A stretch of DNA of 64,000 nt from an uncultured Actinomycetota bacterium (GTDB lineage: Bacteria > Actinomycetota > Acidimicrobiia > Spongiisociales > UBA5794): NCBI GenBank assembly GCA_963715255.1, contig CAVQRN010000005.1:78564-142563 (forward strand). The letters run 5' to 3'. The position numbers and the translations under genes were made by a program. This document shows positions 9,611 to 18,803 of this stretch, one piece after another. The notes under the pieces were generated by a model that saw only the letters and a list, made by a program, of their open reading frames with translations, had not been told where the DNA came from and did not search any database. Position 1 is the first letter of the stretch; each line of letters begins with the position of its first letter.

Positions 9611-10618
9611 GTGGACACCAGCATTTGGATTGTGCTCGTTGCAGCGATCGCCATCATCGCGGTCGCTGCGTTCGTTGTCGTCAACCGATCGCACGATAGG
9701 GGACCTTCCTCATCGCCAGGAGTGGAAGCCCCGGAACGCGGACTACGAACCAAGCTGGTCCGCACCCGATCGGCCATCGGCGGTCGACTCAGCGATCTCT
9801 TCGGATCCAGCACCCTTGACGAGAACTTCTGGAGTGAACTCGAGGAGGCGTTGATTGCTGCCGACGTCGGCGTATCGACGGCATCGACCGTCGTGAATGA
9901 TGTGCGAAGCCAGCATCCTGATGATGGCGATGCAGCGCGGCGGTTGCTCGAGGAGTCCCTGATCGGTCAACTATCGGGGCGCGATCGATCCCTGCACCTC
10001 GAGGGGAAGCCGGCCGTGGTTCTCGTCGTCGGCGTGAACGGCACGGGGAAGACGACCTCGATCGCCAAGATCGCCGGTCTGCTCGGAGAAGACGGCCGAA
10101 CCGCCGTCCTCGGCTCCGCCGACACGTTCCGGGCCGCCGCGGACGAGCAGCTTCGCACCTGGGCAGAACGGGTTGGGGTCCAGGTCGTCTCCGGGGCGCC
10201 GGGTTCCGATCCCGCCGCCGTGGCATACGACGCATACCGAACGGCCGCGGATTCCGGCGCCGACGTCGTGCTCATTGATACGGCAGGGCGACTGCACTCG
10301 AAGACGAACCTCATGGATGAACTCGCCAAAGTGGCGCGCGTGCTTCGCCGCGAAGCGGGGGAGATCGGCGAGGTCCTACTCGTCCTCGACGGAACCACCG
10401 GCCAGAACGGGATCAGCCAGGCACGAAGCTTCGCCGCATCCGTCGGTGTGACCGGGATTATTCTCACGAAACTCGACGGCACGGCCCGAGGAGGCGTAGC
10501 GATCGCTGTGGAACAGGAACTCGACGTCCCCGTCAAATACATCGGTGTCGGTGAAGGGCTCCACGACCTCGTACCATTCGAACCGACAACATTCATCGAA
10601 GCACTGCTGGAGCCATGA
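9611..10618 (+). CDS. ftsY: signal recognition particle receptor FtsY
   Basis: 335 aa, GTG start. N-terminal TM helix IWIVLVAAIAIIAVAAFVVV. SRP-GTPase motifs GVNGTGKTTS, DTAGRL, TKLDGTARGG. Confidence 0.92.
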   Translation: MDTSIWIVLVAAIAIIAVAAFVVVNRSHDRGPSSSPGVEAPERGLRTKLVRTRSAIGGRLSDLFGSSTLDENFWSELEEALIAADVGVSTASTVVNDVRSQHPDDGDAARRLLEESLIGQLSGRDRSLHLEGKPAVVLVVGVNGTGKTTSIAKIAGLLGEDGRTAVLGSADTFRAAADEQLRTWAERVGVQVVSGAPGSDPAAVAYDAYRTAADSGADVVLIDTAGRLHSKTNLMDELAKVARVLRREAGEIGEVLLVLDGTTGQNGISQARSFAASVGVTGIILTKLDGTARGGVAIAVEQELDVPVKYIGVGEGLHDLVPFEPTTFIEALLEP

Positions 10619-11020
10619 CCGAAACGCAACGACTCATCGCAGAGGCCCGGAACGCAGCCGAGCGCTCCCACTCGCCGTACTCCAAATTTCGCGTCGGCGC
10701 CGTGGTCGTCGCTTCCGACGGCACCGAGTACCGGGGATGCAACGTCGAGAACGCGGCGTACGGAGCATCGATCTGCCGCGGAGGCGAATGCAATCACCAC
10801 CGCCGTTGCCGATGGCGTACGCGAGATCGATACGATCGCCGTTGCGTGCCTCGACGGCGAGGGATGCTCCCCGTGTGGCAACTGCCGTCAACTCATGAGA
10901 GAGTTCCGCGTCAAACGCGTGATCTTGACCAACGAAACCGGAGCCCCCGTCGAATACGCACTCGACGCGCTGCTCCCGATGTCGTTCGGACCGGAAAACT
11001 TGGAAGCGAGGAGAGAGTAG
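10615..11020 (+). CDS. cdd: cytidine deaminase, frame broken by one extra base near 10776
   Basis: The first ~54 codons are in the track ORF frame (SPYSKFRVGAVV...NVENAAYGASIC). The rest is in the next frame (AEANAITTAVADGVREIDTIAVA...GCSPCGNCRQLMREF) and ends at TAG 11018-11020. Zinc-ligand motifs CAE and PCGNCRQ. Confidence 0.8.
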
Positions 11021-11114
11021 AAGGTAGAGAGTAGAGAGTAGAGAGTAGAGAGTAGAGCGTAGAGAGACCGGACCCCGGCGGGACGCTCGGGTCTCTCTAC
11101 GCTCTACTCTCTAC
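11017..11114. repeat. GTAGAGA heptamer array (7 units) folding into a perfect 25-bp hairpin; bidirectional terminator candidate between convergent cdd and etfA
   Basis: Units run from 11017 to 11065 (gtagaag, gtagaga x4, gtagagc, gtagaga). Left arm 11045-11069 gtagagagtagagcgtagagagacc is the exact reverse complement of 11090-11114, with a 20-nt GC-rich loop. The cdd TAG stop lies in the first unit. Confidence 0.85.
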
Positions 11115-11122
11115 TCGTCGCC

Positions 11123-12079
11123 CTACCGGGCTTTCAACGCCTCGGTCAGCTTCGGGATCACCTGGTGCAGGTCGCCCACGATGCCGAGATCGGCGACGGC
11201 GAAGATCGGGGCTTCGGCGTCCTTGTTGACGGCGATGATCGTGCCGGAGTCCTTCATCCCGACCAGGTGCTGCATGGCACCGCTGACACGCCGAGCGCCA
11301 GAGTAGACGTCGGGCTTGACCGTCTTGCCGGTCTGCCCGACCTGGAGCGAGTAGACGGACCCACTCGGCATCGACGACGGCCCGGGTGGCTCCCACGGCC
11401 GCTCCGAGCATGTAGGCGAGCTCGTCGATGATCGGTCCACTTCTCGGCGCTGCCGATGCCGCGGCCACCGGCCACGACGATGCCGGCTCGACCTCGAGGT
11501 CCGGTCCCTCGCTCTGCTTCATCGTGCGACTCGGTGATGATGGCGGACCCCGCATGGCCGACGTCGGGCATCGAAACGGATACGACCGTCGGGAACGTCC
11601 ACCGTCCGCGCTTCGGCGGCGAACGCCTTCGGGCGTACGACGCACGACGGCTGGGGCCGGTGCAGGTGGCCTCGGACGACGTCTCGGTTCCACCGAGGAT
11701 CTCGCTCACCACCGCGACGCGTCGCCGTCACGGAGATGTCGACGGCATTGGAGAGCACCGGCCGGTCGATCCGGCGCGAGCCGCCCGGCGACGTCGCGGT
11801 CGGTGATCCCCATGCCGAACAGGATCAGATCGGCGCTGCTCCTCGGCGAGCACGGCGAGCGCGGCGGCGTGCCGGGGCGGCGGGAGGCGGTCTCCGGTAT
11901 CGAGGTGGATACACCGTCGTGGCACCGTGAGCGCCGAGTGTCCGCGAACGCTGCGTCCGATCCGGCACCGACGTGATACGGCCGCGGTCGTCTCCAAACG
12001 ACCGGGCCTTGGTGAGCATCTCGAGAGCGGACGCGGAGGCGTGCCCGTCGATCTCTTCTGCGAATACCCAGGTCGTCAT
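11123..12079 (-). pseudogene. etfA: electron transfer flavoprotein alpha subunit, heavily frame-disrupted as sequenced
   Basis: Start MTTWVFAEEIDGHASASALEMLTKARSFGDD (12079). End [52 protein letters not shown] (stop 11123). Internal EtfA text ([57 protein letters not shown]) is spread over all three minus frames. I traced at least 10 frame switches. Span is 957 nt = 319 codons. Confidence 0.85.
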
Positions 12080-12080
12080 C

Positions 12081-12863
12081 TCAGATCACCTTCACCTGTT
12101 CGAGGAGCGCGACGATCTCGAGGTGCGCCTCACCCTCGTCTTCAACGATCTCACCCGCCTTCGCGGGCAGGGACCGAGATCACCGACGGATCCCCTGTCC
12201 GGCGCCGGAATCGCCGACCTGCATCGGCGCCGAATCCGAGGTCGGCGGCAGTGAGCTTGCTCGATCGGCTTCGACTTGGCCTGCATGATCCCCTTGAAGG
12301 TGGGATAGCGGGGCTCGACGCGCCGGAGGTAACGGCACCAGGAGCGCCGGGAGCGGCGCCTCGACCACGTCGTAGCCGCCGGCGGTCTGCGCTCGACACG
12401 AGGATCCCGGCGTCAGTGTCGACCTTGCGGGCGAACGTCAGCGACGGCAGGTCGAGCAGCTCGGCGATCTGCTGGGGCACGACACCGGTGTACCCGTCGG
12501 TGGATTCGGTGCCGGTGATCACGAGATCGACGCCTTCTCCTGGCGATGGCCGCAGCGAGCACCTTGGCGGTCACCAGGGCGCCGGAGCCGCGCGAGGGCT
12601 CTCGTCGTCGATGATGACCGCCTTGTCGGCGCCCATCGCCAGTGCCTGGCGGATGCCCTGCAGGCTCCCGGCGGGGCCCATCGACACCAGACGTGACCTC
12701 ACCGTCGTTCGCTTCGGCGAGCTGGAGCCCGACCTCGACGCCGTAACCGATCGGTGTCGTCGAGGACCTGGTCGTTGGGACGGACCACGAAATGGGTGTC
12801 CGGATCCAGGTCGTAGGGCGTCGCCGGGTCTGGTATCTGCTTGACGCAGACCGCGATCTTCAT
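12081..12863 (-). pseudogene. etfB: electron transfer flavoprotein beta subunit, frame-disrupted as sequenced
   Basis: Start MKIAVCVKQIPDPATPYDLDPDTHFVVRPNDQVLDDTDR (12863, SD aaggag). C-terminus LPAKAGEIVEDEGEAHLEIVALLEQVKVI (stop 12081-12083). The middle (ESTDGYTGVVPQQIAELLDLPSLTFARKVDTDAGILV) is in another frame. Span is 783 nt = 261 codons. Confidence 0.85.
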
Positions 12864-12934
12864 GACGTTCCGCTCCTTGGCTGGGGTGCTCGAGATGATA
12901 CCGCCAACTTTGAGCGTGGACTCAAAAACGGGCG

Positions 12935-13775
12935 TCAGCCGGCGACGAGGAGCGGGAGGAGCGACGTCGAGCACGGAGGTGAACCGCTCCCGGGCCTCGT
13001 CCGCGGTTTCGGGGACTTCCTCGTGGTGAAGCGGCGTATCCGAGATGCCGGCGGCGTAGATTGGTGACCAGCGAGATCCCGGCAACCTCGGCACCCATGT
13101 GCTGGGCGGCGATCGCTTCGGGCACCGTCGACATGCCGACCAGGTCGGCCCCCAGGCGCTTGGCCATCTGCGACCTCGGCGGGGGTCTCGTAGCGTCGGG
13201 CCGAGGAACCAGGCGTAGACGCCCTCCTCGAGATGCGACGCCGAGCTTCGAATGCCACGCTCCATGAGACCTCGGAGGCGCTCGGGTAGACCTCCGACAT
13301 GTCGGGGAAGCGCGGGCCGAGCCGGTCGTCGTTCGTGCCGACCAGTGGGTTGCTCGCCGTGTAGGTTGAGGTGATCGCGGATGCAGGACGAGGTCGCCGG
13401 GCGCGAGACCGTCGCCGAGACCGCCCGCGGCGTTGGTGAGGAGCACCGACGATGCGCCGGCGAGGCGACCGCGGTGCGGACGCCGAACACGACCTCGTCG
13501 AGTGTCCCAGCCCTCGTACGTGTGGACCCGTCCGGCGAAGAGCAAGCACGGCTCCGTCGCCGACGGCGAGCCGAGAAGAGGCTCCCGCCGTGACCCGACG
13601 ACACGCGGTACGGGGAAGCCGGGGATCTCCGCAGTAGGGGATCTTGATCGCATTCGCGAAGCGATCCGGCGTAGTCGCTCAGACCCGACCCGAGCACGAT
13701 CGCCACGTCGTGGTCGTCTCGACCGGTTCGTTCGGCGATCGCGGCCGCGGCGGCTTGCAGGTCTTCGTAGCTCAT
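12935..13775 (-). pseudogene. punA: purine nucleoside phosphorylase (PunA type), frame-disrupted as sequenced
   Basis: Start MSYEDLQAAAAAIAERTGRDDHDVAIVLGSGLSDYAGSL (13775). LVGMSTVPEAIAAQHMGAEVAGISLVTNL and HHEEVPETADEARERF lie in other frames. The stop at 12935-12937 (LLPLLVAG*) is my best guess. Confidence 0.75.
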
Positions 13776-13791
13776 CGCACCTCTCGCAGGA

Positions 13792-15090
13792 TCAGCGGTC
13801 GGGACGGCTGTCGGTTCTTCGGACACCACCCATGCGGTCTCGAGGAGCCTGCAGGCAAGCGCCCAGCTGATCGTCCGTGTTGTAGCGTACGGTTCCGAGC
13901 GCATCACCTACATCGACGGGGTCGCCGACCTTCGCGTGGACGGTGATTCCGACCCCGGGATCGACGTCGTCGTCCTTCACTTGACGACCGGCGCCGAGCC
14001 GCACTGCGGCACGCCCAAGTCGCAGTGCATCGCAGCGTTCGACGAAGCCGCCGCGGTCGGCGACGACGGTGTGGACGCTTGCGGCGGACGGCAGGAGTGA
14101 CGGGTCTTCGAGCACGGACGGGTCACCGCCCTGTGCCTCGACGACCTTCGACCAGCTTCTCGAACGCCGGCACCGGATTCAACCGCATCCTCCAGTCGCG
14201 ACCTGGCCTCCGCTCGGTCTGCCGCAACGCCACCCAGGAGCAGCATCTCCTCGCCCGAGGCGGTAGGTGATCTCGGTCGGGTCGGGCGGGTCCGTCACCG
14301 CGGAGCACCGTCGATCGACTCGACGATCTCGCTGGCGTTCCCGACCTCGCGTCCGAGCGGTTGGTCCATGTCGGTGAGGAATGCCGACGACCGGCGTGCC
14401 GTGGGATCGCCCGATACCGACCATGGTCTCCGCCAATTCCATTCCGGATGCGAGCGTCCTTCATGAACGCCCCGCGAGCCGACCTTGACGTCGAGCACCA
14501 GGCCGTCGAGGCCTTCGGCGAGCTTCTTCGACATGATGGAGGAGGAGATGAGGGGAATCGACGGCACCGTGCCGGTTGCATCACGCAATGCGTAGATCCG
14601 CCGATCAGCAGGAACCAGCGTCTCGGACTGGCCGCCGAGCACGAGGCCGAGTTCGTCGAGTGACGGGTGAAACTCGGGGGTTCGAGAGCGGTCCGGAACC
14701 CCGGGATCGATTCGAGCTTGTCGAGTGTGCCGCCGGTGTGGCCGAGGCCGCGTCCGCTCATCATCGGGACGGCGACTCCGCAGGCCGCGACCATCGGCGC
14801 CAGCGGGATGCTGACCTTGTCGCCGACACCGCCGGTCGAGTGCTTGTCGATCTTGGGCATGGACGTGCGGAGAGATCGAGCACGTCACCCGAGTGCAGCA
14901 TGGCGTCGGTCCACGCCGCGAGTTCCGCGGCGTTCAGCCCTCGAAAGATGATCGCCATCAGGAGCGAGGACATCTGGTAGTCGGGGATCCGGTACGCCGT
15001 GTACTCGGTGATGATCCACTTCAGCTCCTCGGCGGTGAGGACTCCACCGTCACGTTTGGTCCGGATCAGCTCCGGCATGCTGTAGCTCAT
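13792..15090 (-). pseudogene. deoA: thymidine/pyrimidine-nucleoside phosphorylase, frame-disrupted as sequenced
   Basis: Start MSYSMPELIRTKRDGGVLTAEELKWIITEYTAYRIPDYQMSSLLMAIIFRGL (15090). [52 protein letters not shown] and the C-terminal GVGITVHAKVGDPVDVGDALGTVRY are in different frames. Span is 1299 nt = 433 codons. Confidence 0.85.
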
Positions 15091-15383
15091 GAACCCTCCG
15101 ATTCGGGGCGTGTATTGTCGCGCAATCTGACGCGACCATTGTTGACCGCGACTCCTTCGCTCCTCAACAGTTCGGTCTGTCGTTGTTCCAGCCCCGGGGC
15201 GAGTCGTCCCGACTTGGCGACGACCCGCCACCACGGAAGACCTGGTGTCGAGCGGACGAGGTTGCCGACGGCACGGGCGGCACCGGGAAATCCCGCCTCC
15301 TCTGCGACCTCGCCGTACGACACGACTTCGCCGGGTTCGAGCCGTTCGAGCACCCTGGCGACCTCTTCGCCGAAGTCCTTCAT
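15087..15383 (-). CDS. alkyltransferase-like (ATL) protein: MGMT-family DNA-binding domain lacking the acceptor Cys
   Basis: 98 aa intact ORF. Helix-turn-helix VVSYGEVAEEAGFPGAARAVGNLV is followed by PWWRVV where MGMT has PCHRV. Its stop overlaps the deoA start (ATGA). Confidence 0.75.
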   Translation of the reverse strand: MKDFGEEVARVLERLEPGEVVSYGEVAEEAGFPGAARAVGNLVRSTPGLPWWRVVAKSGRLAPGLEQRQTELLRSEGVAVNNGRVRLRDNTRPESEGS

Positions 15384-15464
15384 CGCTTCCTCGCCTTTGC
15401 GAAGGCATCGGCGTCGTACGAACGAGTGAGCTCTTGCTTCATCGCCCGCGAGCAGAACGGAGAA

Positions 15465-16091
15465 TCAAAGCGTCCCGAACAGCCGATCGCCCATGTCTCC
15501 GAGACCGGGCACGATGTAGGAAGCGATCGTTGAGTTCCCGGTCGAGCGCTGCGGCGACGATCTGGACGTCGGGGTGATCGTCGTACATCCGGCGGACTCC
15601 GTCGGGCGCCGCAACCACGCAGAGGGCGGTGATGTCGCGGCGCCCCCGATGCTTGGCCTTGTCGACCGCCCACGAGAGCGACCCACCGGTGGCCAGCATC
15701 GGCTCGAGGATGAAGACCGATGCGTTGGACAGGTCGGGGAGTCTTGAAGTAGTACTCCTGACGGCTCGTGCCGTCTCCTCGTCGCGCTGCACACCGGCGA
15801 AGCCGACCTTGCACGTGGGGGATCATGTCGATGACCGCGTCGAGCAGTCCCGAGGCCGGCCCGCAGCACGGCGATGGCCACCACGTCGGGCATCCGGTAC
15901 CCGGTGGTGGTCTCCAGCGGCGTTCGGACCTCGCATCTCGGCAAGCGGGAACCGCTTCGGTCGCCTCCATGCACCAGGGTGTAGGTGAGACGCCGGGCCG
16001 CGGCCCGGAACTCCTCGGGTCGGTGTCCTTCGTCCCGCAGGACGGTCAGGTAGTGCGGGCTGAGCGGATGGTCGATCACGGTGAGATTCAT
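15465..16091 (-). pseudogene. upp: uracil phosphoribosyltransferase, frame-disrupted as sequenced
   Basis: Start MNLTVIDHPLSPHYLTVLRDEGHRPEEFRAAARRLTYTLVH (16091, SD ggaggcg). End YIVPGLGDMGDRLFGTL (stop 15465). The PRPP-binding segment VFILEPMLATGGSLSWAVD is in the frame of track ORF 15439..15792. At least 6 frame switches. Span is 627 nt = 209 codons. Confidence 0.85.
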
Positions 16092-16174
16092 GACGCCTCC
16101 TTGGCGGGTGAGGGTAACTGGGACCGCACCCGTCCGCGGCGATCTTCGCTGCGCGCCGCTACCCTCACGGTCCG

Positions 16175-17522
16175 ATGTTCGATGTCCACTCACCAGCCGC
16201 TTCAACGGCGTCTTCGACCGCCTGCGCGGCAAGGGCCGGCTCTCGGAAGCCGACGTCGACGATGCGCTGCGCGAGGTGCGGATGGCGCTGCTGGAGGCCG
16301 ACGTCAACGTGGCGGTCGCCAAGGCGATGCTGGCCCGGGTGAGGGAGCGGGCCGTCGGCACCGAGGTGACCAAGAGCCTCACCCCGGGTCAGCAGGTCAT
16401 CAAGATCGTCCACGAGGAGCTGATCACCACGCTCGGCACCGAGGCGGTGCCGCTGGCGACGGCCTCCAAGCCGCCGCTCGCCATCCTGATGGTGGGGCTG
16501 CAGGGGTCCGGCAAGACCACGACCGCGGCCAAGCTGGCGAAGCGCGCTCGAAGTCAGGGCAAGCGCCCCCTGCTGGTCGCCGCCGATCTGCAGCGCCCCG
16601 CCGCCATCGACCAACTGGAGTCCCTGGGGAGACGGATCGGCGTCCCCGTCCACGTGGATCGCACGCCAAGGCCGCCCAGGCTGGTCAAGGCGGCCATGAA
16701 GCGGGCGACGGACCGAGGGGTTCGAACGTGGTGATCGTGGACACCGCCGGCCGTCTGCAGATCGACAAGGACCTCATGGAGGAACTGGCCGCGGTGCGCA
16801 AGGCTGCCGATCCCGACGAGGTGCTGCTGGTGCTGGATGCGATGACCGGTCAGGACGCCGTCAACGTGGCGATCGGCTTCCTGGAGCAAACCGATCTCAC
16901 CGGCCTTGTTCTTCTCGAAACTCGACGGCGATGCCCGGGGCGGCGCCGCCATCTCCGCGCGTGAGGTGACCGGCAGCCCGATCAAGTTCGCCGGTGTCGG
17001 CGAGGGGATCGACGACCTGGAGGTCTTCCACCCGGAGCGGATGGCGTCACGCATCCTGGGCATGGGCGACGTGCTGACGCTCATCGAGAAGGCCGAGGCG
17101 ACCTGGGACGAACAGGAGGCTCGAGCAGGCCGCCGACAAGATGTTGACGGCCTCTTTCACCCTCGAGGACTTCCTCGACCAGTTCCAGCAGATCCGGAAG
17201 ATGGGGCCTCTGCAGCAGTTGCTTGGTATGCTCCCGGGCGCCGCATCGGCGTTCGGGAACGTCGAGGTGTCCGACGACCGCATCTCGCGCGGGTCGAGGC
17301 CATCATCCGGTCGATGACCCCCGCGGAGCGGCGCAACCCCAAGATGATCGACGGCAGCCGAAAGCGACGGATCGCATCCGGGTCGGGGACACCCCCGCAG
17401 GACGTGAACGGTCTGCTCCGGCAGTTCGCCGAGACACAGAAGATGATGAAGGCGTTTGCCGGAGGCACGATCCCCGATTCCCGGGCTTACGATCCCGGGG
17501 ATGAGCACGAAGGAAGAGGTGA
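16175..17522 (+). pseudogene. ffh: signal recognition particle protein Ffh, frame-disrupted as sequenced
   Basis: MFD at 16175, then LTSRFNGVFDRLRGKGRLSEADVDDALREV...GLQGSGKTTTAAKLA (ORF 16081..16734). VVIVDTAGRLQIDKDLMEEL...DAMTGQDAVN is in the ORF 15768..16964 frame. KLDGDARGGAAISAREVTGSPIKFAGVGEGIDDLEVFHPERMASRILGMGDV and the M-domain text RSMTPAERRNPKMIDGSRKRRIASGSG are in the ORF 16906..17991 frame. The 3' end is approximate. Confidence 0.85.
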
Positions 17523-17524
17523 CG

Positions 17525-17991
17525 ATGGCGGTGAAGATCCGCCTGACACGGACGGGCAAGAAGAAGCAGCCCTCCTACCGGGTGGTGGTGGCCGACTCAC
17601 GCGCCCCGGGATGGCCGCTACATCGAACAGATCGGCCGGTACGACACCCGCGCAGGATCCGTCGGTGATCGTGATCGACAACGATCGGGCGGTCTACTGG
17701 CTCCAGAAAGGCGCCCAGCCGACGGACCGAGCGAAGAAGTTGCTCGAGATCTCCGGTGCCTGGACCGAGTTCAGGGTCGCCAGGGGTGATATTCATGTCG
17801 TCGTCGACAAACCGAAGAAGAAGGCCGAGCCGAAGCCCGTGATTCTCGACGAGATCGTTCAAGAGGCAGCCGCAGAGGCAGCCCTAGAGACAGCTGCAGA
17901 GGCCGAAGCCGAACTCACCGAAGAGGTCGTGGTGGCCGAAGAGGTCGTGGTGGCTGAAGAGGTCGTAGCAGAGGGATCGGACGAAGCATGA
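17525..17991 (+). pseudogene. rpsP: 30S ribosomal protein S16 with long acidic C-terminal extension, two frame switches as sequenced
   Basis: [28 protein letters not shown] (ATG 17525), [13 protein letters not shown] and [36 protein letters not shown] lie in three different frames. The tail is ...ELTEEVVVAEEVVVAEEVVAEGSDEA. Confidence 0.85.
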
Positions 17992-18242
17992 AGCAAGGCG
18001 AAATTGTCGAAAAGGTCGTGACCTACGTCGTCACACAGATCGTTGACGACGCCGATTCTGTCAAAGTCGAGATCGTGGCGGACGGCGACGATGCCATCGT
18101 TGCCGAGGTCCGCACCGCCAAGTCGGACATGGGGCGCGCCGATCGGTCGCCGCGGTCGTGTGGCTCGGGCGATTCGCTCCGTCGCATCGGTCGCAGGCGA
18201 AGAAGAGGGCGTCTCCGTCGAGGTCGACTTCCTCGACTCGAC
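17988..18242 (+). pseudogene. KH-domain RNA-binding protein (YlqC-like), frame switch as sequenced
   Basis: MKQGEIVEKVVTYVVTQIVDDADSVKVEIVADGDDAIVAEVRTAKSDMGR (ATG 17988, ATGA overlap with rpsP). The GxxG text PIGRRGRVARAIRSVASVAGEEEGVSVEVDFLD follows in the frame of ORF 18043..18717. There is no clean stop, so the 3' end is approximate. Confidence 0.7.
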
Positions 18243-18764
18243 GTGGTACCGATTCTCGTCGGATACGTACGCCGGGCACACGGCATCAACGGTGCCGTTG
18301 TTGTGCGCCCGCTCACAGACGATCCAAGCGGCCGTTGGCTGCCCGGAGCCGAGTTGGCCAGCGATGACACCCCGTCGATTGCGTACACCATCGTGGAGGT
18401 CGGTCCCCACAAGGACGGACTCCTGGTTCGATTCGAAGGTGTCTCCGATCGCGAAGCCGCGGAGGCGCTGCGTGGTACGTCGTTCACGATCGCGGCCGAT
18501 GAGCGGCGTGACCTCGACTCCGAGGAGTTCTGGCCCGACGATCTGGTCGGATGCGCCGTCGTCGACGCGGCCGGTGAGTCCCTCGGAACGGTTGAGTCGG
18601 TCGTATTTGGAGCCGCTCAGGATCGTCTCTCGGTCCGCACTCCGGACGGAAGTGTCGAGGTTCCTTTCGTCGACGCCATTGTCCCCATCGTGGATCTGGA
18701 CGCCCGCCGCATCGTGATGACACCGCCGATCGGCCTCTTCCCTTCGAATGAGGAACCTGGGTAG
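18243..18764 (+). CDS. rimM: 16S rRNA processing protein RimM
   Basis: GTG 18243 (VVPILVGYVRRAHGINGAVVVRPLTDDP...), in frame with track ORF 17988..18764. RimM N-domain plus PRC barrel (DLVGCAVVDAAGESLGTVESV). Conserved rpsP-KH-rimM order. Confidence 0.85.
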   Translation: MVPILVGYVRRAHGINGAVVVRPLTDDPSGRWLPGAELASDDTPSIAYTIVEVGPHKDGLLVRFEGVSDREAAEALRGTSFTIAADERRDLDSEEFWPDDLVGCAVVDAAGESLGTVESVVFGAAQDRLSVRTPDGSVEVPFVDAIVPIVDLDARRIVMTPPIGLFPSNEEPG

Positions 18765-18803
18765 ACGGACGACCGCGAGCGACATTGTCGTATCCTGGAA
18801 TCC

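Noticed and set aside
12699-13907. 402 aa minus-strand ORF
   Set aside because: It is a chimeric open frame. It carries the PunA N-terminus, wanders out of frame, and reads through the etfB start (its tail contains MKIAVCVKQIPD). It is not a single gene.
10776-18242. Programmed ribosomal frameshifting or recoding as the explanation for the broken genes
   Set aside because: There are dozens of switches in both directions across nine unrelated genes on both strands, and no shared slippery motif. An artefact or collapsed haplotypes is far more parsimonious.
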